A stretch of DNA of 64,000 bases from a virus (taxonomy: Duplodnaviria; Heunggongvirae; Uroviricota; Caudoviricetes). Made by a program: the position numbers and the translations under genes. Where the stretch lies: the IMG/VR virus record IMGVR_UViG_3300028422_000701; one strand, written 5' to 3'. Position 1 is the first letter of the stretch, and every line of letters begins with the position of its first letter. The notes under the pieces were generated by a model. The model ran no database searches and was not told the origin of the DNA. It was given only the letters and a program-made list of their open reading frames with translations. Shown piece by piece: positions 57,401-64,000 of the stretch.

Positions 57401-59673
57401 AAACGTGTAACATTATAGTTAAAAGATCCACAATCTCCCCAATCAGTACCCCCAGTATTATAGAAAGTAATTGATTTTGTTTGATTTAATGTTCCATCAA
57501 TATATAACTTAATAGTAAATATACCACCAGTATGTACACCACTAGATTGAACTAATTCTAATACGTATGTGTGTTCAGTTGTTAAGGTTAAACCAGTAAA
57601 ATCAACTGTTTTTGTGCCTAATGTACCTGTCATAGCTAATCGTAAAGTATTAGTTGAAGCAGTAGGTGTATATAATTTTATATTATCTGTATTATTTATA
57701 TTACCCAAATCAAATATATAACCATTTGTTATAATTGAGTTTAATTTTAACTTAAATTCAATTTTATTAGTAAAATGTAATGGTTTAATATACGTACCCT
57801 TGATATAAGAAGTTGTACCATTAAGTACCACAGTGTTATCACTATGAGTACAATTATATAATCTCGCAGAACCATAATTACCACTAATGTCCATTAATGT
57901 ATTATAACCAACTACTAGTCTGTCTGCACTATAAGATAATTCAGGAGTTATAAAATTAAAAGTATGTTCTGGAACCACATTTGGTGTGTAACTGTTGTAA
58001 AATCTTATACAAGCAGGTTCAGTATCAGTAGACCTAAAGAATCCTTTTTCAAATTCATGTTCTATTGATGTTCTTGTTATAGGAGAAGCAATTTTAGTAT
58101 AATAATATTGACCTGTTTCTGTATCATAGTAAGTAAATTTAACTCCAGTAGTAGCTGTTAATATATAACACATAGGAGCAGTACTATCAAGTTTTGTTTT
58201 ATTAATAAGACCTATAAATTTACTATTAGCAAGTGTTTCAAAAAAAGGGTTACCTAAAGTTGCGTGTGTTTTATCATAAGTGTAGTAATACAATTTACCG
58301 TTATCATATTTGTCATTTGTTATAATTCCATTTACAATATTTGCACCAATAAAAGAAATTGCAAGAATGTTATTTTTAATTGTTAACCCACTAGACATAT
58401 ATAAATTTCCACTGTTATTATAAGCATCATTAACTGTAAATAACCAGTGTGCATTATAAGGTGTAGGTTGTGTTGTTATTTGTCCATATTCATTCATTGT
58501 GTATTGGTAACAAACTAAATAGTATGTTATCGGTACACTTACAGTTTTACTATCATCTGTGGATAATGTGTTATGGTATAAATAAATATCGCTTACATTA
58601 GTATAATCAAAAAATGTCATATAGTATGCGGTTGCTGGTGTAGTAAGAACTTGCGATCCATTAAATGTATTAAAAACTTGACTACTGATAAATTGTTTGC
58701 TTTGGTTCATATACATTATACTTAGTTGTCTTGTTTCAGTATTGTTAGGTGTTGTATAAGTATAATGATCATTACTTGGGTTTAAATAAGGTAATGGTAT
58801 AATACCGTAAGGACTAGTAGTTGGTACTCCTTCTACAAGTTCTGTATGATAATAATCACTTGGTAGTAGGTTCCATTTAGCACCGTCATATGTTTTGCCT
58901 TCAGGAAAAGTTATAGTAAATATATCAGTATCTGTACAATAAACTCCCCTAACTAGTGTGTTGTCTACATTACCGTGCACTAATGTTGTACTACCCGTAG
59001 TTGTGTTTATTTGATAAATACAAAAAGGACTTTCAACAAAATGGTAACCATCAGTCGTACTATCTGCACTACAAAAAATGCTTATATTAACTAAATTGAT
59101 ATTTTCATTTGTTACAATATCTTTTTTTACATAAGGATATAAGTTTAAATCCCTAGTGGTAATCTCGGTATTATCATAATCTCTAACTATGTAGTTAGCC
59201 AAAGAAGTACAACTTTTTATATTAGTTGTTGTATTGTCTATTACATATAAATAAACATTAAGATTAAGTTGGTATAAGTCATAACCTTTACCTACAACGT
59301 AAGTATTATATTCATCACTAATCATTTTATAAACGTGAATATTGTATTCTTTATCATAATTAGTTTCGTTTATGTTAGTTACTGTATAACAATATAATTT
59401 ATTATCTCTACTAACAAAAAATTTTGGGGAAGTTAAAGAAATGGCTAAAAATCCTGTTGGGTTTAGAGCGGTTAGATCATAAGAGGTAACATCTCTTGAG
59501 TCATCTATTATGTTAACTGTACCATTATCTTCTATTACATTAATAAAGTCAGCAGATACGGAAGCAGAATTAAGATTATATGTGTTAAAACTAACTGCAT
59601 AATCATCATACTGTTCTATTTTTGCTATTTTAACTTCTGGTGCTTCTCTTAATGTTGGTGATATATTAGCCAT
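54427..59673 (-). CDS. giant tail fibre / receptor-binding protein (1748 aa)
   Basis: N/T/Y/S-rich beta-rich composition typical of phage fibres; located beside the lysin and collar-fibre genes. Confidence 0.55.
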   Translation of the reverse strand: MANISPTLREAPEVKIAKIEQYDDYAVSFNTYNLNSASVSADFINVIEDNGTVNIIDDSRDVTSYDLTALNPTGFLAISLTSPKFFVSRDNKLYCYTVTNINETNYDKEYNIHVYKMISDEYNTYVVGKGYDLYQLNLNVYLYVIDNTTTNIKSCTSLANYIVRDYDNTEITTRDLNLYPYVKKDIVTNENINLVNISIFCSADSTTDGYHFVESPFCIYQINTTTGSTTLVHGNVDNTLVRGVYCTDTDIFTITFPEGKTYDGAKWNLLPSDYYHTELVEGVPTTSPYGIIPLPYLNPSNDHYTYTTPNNTETRQLSIMYMNQSKQFISSQVFNTFNGSQVLTTPATAYYMTFFDYTNVSDIYLYHNTLSTDDSKTVSVPITYYLVCYQYTMNEYGQITTQPTPYNAHWLFTVNDAYNNSGNLYMSSGLTIKNNILAISFIGANIVNGIITNDKYDNGKLYYYTYDKTHATLGNPFFETLANSKFIGLINKTKLDSTAPMCYILTATTGVKFTYYDTETGQYYYTKIASPITRTSIEHEFEKGFFRSTDTEPACIRFYNSYTPNVVPEHTFNFITPELSYSADRLVVGYNTLMDISGNYGSARLYNCTHSDNTVVLNGTTSYIKGTYIKPLHFTNKIEFKLKLNSIITNGYIFDLGNINNTDNIKLYTPTASTNTLRLAMTGTLGTKTVDFTGLTLTTEHTYVLELVQSSGVHTGGIFTIKLYIDGTLNQTKSITFYNTGGTDWGDCGSFNYNVTRLYNYIGTLNSDTKTYLSGVLSSFKILGYNENTSDYTTIVNYDCTHNYCYNTNLFQQGTQFANIIYTNNKFYLLYQSNYLDNTTQHLIPLPYFNNYVESSSLYAPEYMSGYNIKFKKTLLKYGDVQLSIVINGIETIIGTDIDLSDITDSLIVHRLAYSSDGIILSDMTLKGYYYNTIQPQEGFYELDSNIGKSQLTNSNVNYIDYSGYVYSNDACSNNKLSTVNIVQISMSGFTHYMYSMYLKFMVNKKELTEGAIIGSFGNYNLKVINITQQQDGEFIYDLQFYYISTSSYSTNYEFSHIFKTRFKTGEVNTLAFTWVPNTDEETLLENPGTYIAYDQNEREIEYTGYETYSNSSYLPPWNGKPNVIIFNSVEFDSLCDWSLFTLAIGLTYLTKLECKEVAQEAVSYIKDNSILNKDNCSILYHVPHFTTWESAYDSSFVMENRGVFKNQDSIKCTFVSLGVPVDFVQKQTIRNYTDITLSRAWSDIGTVTLNLNPKLTDVSNINIGDYILLPELEQKTTNFIYGDTENDIIINDTWGKYYRQYIILYKRLQVQKDEDNIVYNMCVRGIEVKGLFSFSTIVPPGGTLLSTGQITYPYTDFEDLQTKFKDGIKYAKISNSPTTDFTTNLTTLRTKLLLYQTTMLDTPDDTTQTLVDAACVDLQRYITYMDNYLANNGTFVPAYNYVLDTTITGDTDGTSDSSIIYTNVPVTYAIFDLIYKTRSNNQIIPQQNIPMSWSMGNVNFGTLFDSTSWEGPLVSNSFRFKVLSTSLFELCSGTDYSWLLYTDVYNLKKGINIYNTRTIMPNTCMIVKGVNRSLNQQINNPVVLNFSTGDITGVTNTEDTLSTINQLISAGQGQGSARTIYFGGNKNAYGVNSKLGYKDCRNQSSLNSVISTTEAEIESLNQTTSIEVTVPASKLESMVDKTFYLGDIITVKLEEIGVIANYRVIQITERYFPSNSGTVQLTLGTLNYTVYDGIKYKLKNASVTSLL

Positions 59674-59684
59674 TTACATCTCTC

Positions 59685-60614
59685 CTATCTTTGTTTAACT
59701 AGTTTTTTGTTTCCAAATGTTTCTAGTGTTTGTGTTGTTTGTATTGGTTCACCATTTTTGTTATAATTTATGTCAACCCACCAAGCTCCTTTTAAATTAA
59801 CCATTCCTTGTTGTCTTGCAAAAGGTGTTTGGTCTAAAATAGCTGGTACTTGAAAACAAGTAACGTCTTGGTATTTCATAAAAAATGCATCGTGGTAATG
59901 TCCCATACATACAATATGTGGTTTTTCATCTTGTGGAATTGACTCTACATATTTTTGTAGTTTATAACTTTTTGCATAAGCCCTTCCACTAGCTCCGTGA
60001 AATAAACGTATTTTTAATTTACCAATTTTTACATCAGCCACGTCACTACCTAAATAAATTAGGTCTTCACGTTGTTTACCTATTGATTTACCAATGTCAT
60101 ACCCATCGTTTCTAATATGGGTAAAATCATGGTTACCTGCAATAAATAAAGTTTTAATTCCGTCTTCATGTGGATAATTTTGTACAACATAATCTGTTTG
60201 TTGGTCAGCTCCATGAGCTTTCAATTCATATATATGATTTGCTCTATTAGGGTAATAACCATCAGTTATGTCTCCACTATGTAAAACAGTTGTTATACCT
60301 TTTTCTTTTGCTTCCTTGTATAAATATCTTAGTATATCTAACCTATCATATTTACTTGCAAGGTGTGTATCACTAATTAACAAAAGAGATTGTTGATTTA
60401 AAGAATCCAAAGTGTAAATATCATTTACGTTCTTTGGTTTCAATAACTTAACAATTTCTCCGTTAACAATATCATACATTTCTCCGTTGTTTTTTAATTC
60501 TTGTACTATACCATAAACTTCATAAGTTTCAATACCTAGGTCTTTACTTATTTCAGCTACAGTTTTTTTCTTGTTGATATAATATTTTATTTTATTTATT
60601 TGTTCTTCATTCAT
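59685..60614 (-). CDS. HTH domain fused to calcineurin-like metallophosphoesterase (paralogue of 23818-25062)
   Basis: N-terminal HTH TVAEISKDLGIETYEVYGIV; ISDTHL, SGDITDG, AGNHD, GHYHD motifs. Confidence 0.55.
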   Translation of the reverse strand: MNEEQINKIKYYINKKKTVAEISKDLGIETYEVYGIVQELKNNGEMYDIVNGEIVKLLKPKNVNDIYTLDSLNQQSLLLISDTHLASKYDRLDILRYLYKEAKEKGITTVLHSGDITDGYYPNRANHIYELKAHGADQQTDYVVQNYPHEDGIKTLFIAGNHDFTHIRNDGYDIGKSIGKQREDLIYLGSDVADVKIGKLKIRLFHGASGRAYAKSYKLQKYVESIPQDEKPHIVCMGHYHDAFFMKYQDVTCFQVPAILDQTPFARQQGMVNLKGAWWVDINYNKNGEPIQTTQTLETFGNKKLVKQR

Positions 60615-60645
60615 AGTTAACCCCCATTAACAATCAATTTATATA

Positions 60646-61536
60646 TTATATTTTTTGGATTGATGATTCGTTAAAGAACCCAGTTGTACCTTGGTCGTTT
60701 CCAACTTGGTATGGATATGGTCTTAAAGTTTTACCGTCATTTTCATACCATATATTAAGAATACGTCTTGTCCAACCTATGGCTACTGTATAACCAGCAG
60801 ATGTAGATTCTGAACTAGCTGCATAATGTCCTATTATTTTAACATTGTCCCCAATATTAAAACTTGGTTTTGTAACAACAGGTTCTACATAAGGTGTTAA
60901 TTCTCCTTCTGCAACCCAACCTAAGCCATTATCAATATTGTAAGGTTTAGTTGTTCCTGCTTTATTGTATGTTTTACTAATTGTACATACAAGGTTTTGT
61001 CTAGTTTGTCCTGCCTTTTCTCCTTTAGCATTTCCGAATAAAGTACCAGTAAATACCATTTTTTGTCCTACACTATATTTTAAAGTAATAGGGTCGTTAT
61101 TTACGGGTTGTACAGGTGTAACTACATTATAAATACTTGGTCTAAATGAACCAGCAATACCACTATAAGTAATATTTAAGTATCTTGTGGCGCCTGGATT
61201 TTGGGTTAAGAATAATCCTGTTCCATTACCATTATCTTTAACAAACATTGCAATGTGTGATAAATTAGTAACTGCACAAGGACCTATCCAAATAGCCCAG
61301 TCTCCTGGCTGCATAGCACCAGTGTTTGCTATAAAATGGTTTAATACACCATTATTAGCACGTTTTTCCCATATCGATCTTACATATCCAGTAGGAGCAC
61401 ATCCGATTGTTGGTATTCCAGTCATTTTACAAAACTTAGCAAATAAATCCCAACATTGTCCTCCATAATAACCATCAACATCAATAACTTGGTTAATAGT
61501 AGCGTTTATAAAATCTTGAATTTTAATATAATTCAT
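60646..61536 (-). CDS. CHAP-domain peptidoglycan hydrolase (endolysin or tail lysin) with C-terminal binding domain
   Basis: GGQCWDL catalytic Cys and downstream His; SH3-like C-terminal region. Confidence 0.6.
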   Translation of the reverse strand: MNYIKIQDFINATINQVIDVDGYYGGQCWDLFAKFCKMTGIPTIGCAPTGYVRSIWEKRANNGVLNHFIANTGAMQPGDWAIWIGPCAVTNLSHIAMFVKDNGNGTGLFLTQNPGATRYLNITYSGIAGSFRPSIYNVVTPVQPVNNDPITLKYSVGQKMVFTGTLFGNAKGEKAGQTRQNLVCTISKTYNKAGTTKPYNIDNGLGWVAEGELTPYVEPVVTKPSFNIGDNVKIIGHYAASSESTSAGYTVAIGWTRRILNIWYENDGKTLRPYPYQVGNDQGTTGFFNESSIQKI

Positions 61537-61706
61537 TATTATTCACCTTCTTTTGTTTCTGTAGATTTTTTAGGTACTTCAGGGTTAGCATATTCTTCAG
61601 CTGCTAAACCTTCTGTTCTTTGTACTTCGTCAGGTAATAATCCTTCTAATGTTTCAATAACAGTACCTTCTTCAATTATAATTTCTTCCATTTTTATTTT
61701 CCTCCC

Positions 61707-61994
61707 TTATTTATAGTCCAAAGCTTCTTTAACTAAGTTAAATACATTTTGAACAAAATTTGTCATAGCTTTCTTTGTAATAAATATGCGTAATGATTTT
61801 GGTAACATTTCGTATATAGTATTAACTACATAAGCTAATTTTTCTTGTCCGGCATTACTACCTAATTCTTCTTCAGCTTTTACAATTAAGCTAACAATAG
61901 TTGGGCGTAAACCTTCTTTTTTTATTTTACAAATTATTCCCACAATAAATAGTAAAACAATAAGTACGGCAAGTATAATAAATAGTGTGTTCAT
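61707..61994 (-). CDS. holin (LL-H-like: N-terminal TM plus hydrophilic C-region)
   Basis: N-terminal TM FIILAVLIVLLFIVGIICKI; adjacent to the lysin. Confidence 0.45.
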   Translation of the reverse strand: MNTLFIILAVLIVLLFIVGIICKIKKEGLRPTIVSLIVKAEEELGSNAGQEKLAYVVNTIYEMLPKSLRIFITKKAMTNFVQNVFNLVKEALDYK

Positions 61995-62073
61995 ATAGTA
62001 ACCTCCTTTTATTTATATATAATTAGTATAACACAAATTGAATAAAAAGTCAAGTGTTTTATAAGTATATTTA

Positions 62074-62745
62074 TTAATTTTCAAGATTTAGTAAGTTACT
62101 AATAATTGCTGCCTTTTCATATATTTCACTTTTAATGGTGTCATCCATTTCTTTTGGAGTATATAAGTATTCTACACATATAAACCCAATAACTGTGTCG
62201 TTTTTAGATTTTAAAGCAACACCATATTTAGATTTTACACTTCTTGATGATAAAAATTCATACATTGCAATGTCTTTATTTTTTATTAATCCAATACGAG
62301 GTAAAAAACAATAACCAGTTTCATCAAGTTGTTGACACCAATAAGACATTAAAGCTCTAAATTGATTTTGAAATTCTGTGATTAAAGGTTTAATGGATGT
62401 GTTTACAACTTCATTAGTCATACTCATTTTTAAAAATGAATTACCAGCCATATCCACCCCACCATTATGATATCTTACTACTGATACTCTTGATGCTTTA
62501 GTATTTTTTAATAACAGATTTATATTGTCCTTTATTGCAGATTCAACCTCTGTAAATTTTTTATTTTCATCACTTGATAATACGTGTGGTTTATTGATTC
62601 CATTATCAATTGTAAATTGTAATAGTTTGTCATAATTTTTTTGATTATTTTTGTTGTTCATTATATATTGTAAAATAAGTACCCCAGCACAAACTAAAGG
62701 GGTTCCTACTTCACCTATAAGTTTTAATATTTCTGTTAATGTCAT
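62074..62745 (-). CDS. hypothetical protein with N-terminal TM
   Basis: ORF in the lysis/tail region. Confidence 0.35.
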   Translation of the reverse strand: MTLTEILKLIGEVGTPLVCAGVLILQYIMNNKNNQKNYDKLLQFTIDNGINKPHVLSSDENKKFTEVESAIKDNINLLLKNTKASRVSVVRYHNGGVDMAGNSFLKMSMTNEVVNTSIKPLITEFQNQFRALMSYWCQQLDETGYCFLPRIGLIKNKDIAMYEFLSSRSVKSKYGVALKSKNDTVIGFICVEYLYTPKEMDDTIKSEIYEKAAIISNLLNLEN

Positions 62746-62769
62746 ATTTGTATCTCCTGTCTTAACCTG

Positions 62770-63900
62770 TTATGCTATTCTAAGCCATAAATATATTTCT
62801 TGTACTGGTATTGTAGCACCTGGAATACCACCACTATAGTTTACTTTTTGTCCTATACAATACCACCAACCTGCATTACTACCATCTAAAAGTGCTTCGG
62901 CACTACTACTCTTAGCAATACCACCGTACCAACCATTTGAGTTCATTTGAATTGTAATAGCACTATAACCTGTTACTGTTTCTGCTGCAGCTAATAATGG
63001 ATTTGAAGATTGTCTCCAACGATTATATTTATTACCTTCTCCTGGTATTTCCATCATAAATTCAAAACCACCAAATGAAGTATTTCTAAATTTTTCTATT
63101 AGACCTAAGATAGACCACTTGTAACTTTGAAATGATTGACCTAATTCTGCTAAATCTGTCCACAATACTGTACCATTCATACTATTAGTATAGTAAACTT
63201 TCATCCAAGTAGCACCACCAAATGTTTTTGTTTCAAAATTAAACATATTTGCCATTAAAGTGTTAATTGATAGTATTCTATTATCTAAATCGGTAGCATT
63301 AGCTGCACTACTTGCATCTACTGTGCTTGTACTACCATAACCATCAATAATTTGTCCAGTTACAGGTAAAACACCCTCTGTATTTTTTGCTTTAATAATC
63401 CAGTTATCAATTTCAGTTGGCTGAATGTTATTGTGTGCTTCATTGTTACCTATTTGATTCATTGTTAAACTGTGGGAGTGATCATATGAATAAATTGTTA
63501 CTCCGCCACCATCTGAATATCCACTACCATTATTATGAATTGAAAATCCTGATGAACCCCAAGGTGTATCGTGGTCAGTTCCTATTGGAACTCTTGAATT
63601 GTTAGCTGAACCTGATGGAGTAAATTTTGGTAGTTGACCAACAGTTAAAGCAACTGTTTCACTACCTAGTTTATTACCTAACGTACCAAAAGTGGCATCT
63701 CCTTCTTTATACCCTGCAGAAACCCTACCTCTTTTATCAGGTACATTAAATGTTGTACTACCATCACCACTACCATAGGTTGTACCAACTGCAGCAAATA
63801 AATCTGCATATATTGTTCTTGAAACAGCTTGTCCTCTGCACCATAAAAAGTTAGTAGGTAAAACTGTTCCAGCAAAAGGTATTTGACCACCTATTGGCAT
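62770..63900 (-). CDS. tail fibre protein with phage tail-collar domain
   Basis: IYADLFAAVGTTYGSGDGSTTFNVPDKRGR matches the collar-domain motif. Confidence 0.6.
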   Translation of the reverse strand: MPIGGQIPFAGTVLPTNFLWCRGQAVSRTIYADLFAAVGTTYGSGDGSTTFNVPDKRGRVSAGYKEGDATFGTLGNKLGSETVALTVGQLPKFTPSGSANNSRVPIGTDHDTPWGSSGFSIHNNGSGYSDGGGVTIYSYDHSHSLTMNQIGNNEAHNNIQPTEIDNWIIKAKNTEGVLPVTGQIIDGYGSTSTVDASSAANATDLDNRILSINTLMANMFNFETKTFGGATWMKVYYTNSMNGTVLWTDLAELGQSFQSYKWSILGLIEKFRNTSFGGFEFMMEIPGEGNKYNRWRQSSNPLLAAAETVTGYSAITIQMNSNGWYGGIAKSSSAEALLDGSNAGWWYCIGQKVNYSGGIPGATIPVQEIYLWLRIA

Positions 63901-64000
63901 ACTCTCTAATACAGTATTACTAGTAATTTCAAGATTTCCTGAACCAGTTATATCTTGTCCATTTATAGTTTTTATATTAGAACCACTAACAAGTTTATCT
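63901..64000 (-). CDS. 3' end of a further tail-related ORF that continues beyond the window
   Basis: open minus-strand frame through the window edge. Confidence 0.3.

Overview
This window looks like a 64-kb segment of a large, AT-rich (about 30% GC), apparently virulent dsDNA phage of a low-GC Gram-positive host. No integrase or CRISPR array was found. Its layout is as follows.

- **1-23.8 kb (+ strand):** an early/middle region driven by repeated TTGTTT-N17-TGgTATAAT promoters. It encodes an SPFH protein, a Clp-ATPase-like protein, anaerobic ribonucleotide reductase (nrdD/nrdG), two ATP-dependent RNA ligases (Rnl2-like and Rnl1-like), a P-loop kinase/HD polynucleotide-kinase-like protein, a CCA-adding enzyme, a Ro60/TROVE-vWA-like protein preceded by a 1-kb ORF-free structured region, a NADAR domain protein and a DnaX-like clamp loader.
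- **23.8-48 kb (- strand):** a replication/recombination module with RecA, RecU-like resolvase, Cas4-like nuclease, beta-clamp-like protein, family A DNA polymerase, primase, DnaB-like helicase, helicase loader and SNF2 helicase. Interleaved with it is a 7-deazaguanine (preQ0-type) DNA-modification gene set (folE, queD, queE, queC, dpdA-like) plus an HPRT-like phosphoribosyltransferase. queE carries an in-frame TGA and the dpdA-like gene has a 5' frameshift.
- **48.1-54.2 kb (- strand):** a tRNA array of about 28 genes with its own TTGACA-N17-TATAAT promoter. Many are canonical tRNAs; several are degenerate tRNA-like elements; three small basic ORFs sit among them.
- **54.4-64 kb (- strand):** a 1748-aa tail fibre, an HTH-metallophosphoesterase, a CHAP lysin, a holin and a tail-collar fibre protein.

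The most unusual content is the RNA-repair/Ro60 island with a candidate ncRNA locus, the lesions in the deazaguanine pathway, and the non-canonical tRNA-like elements.
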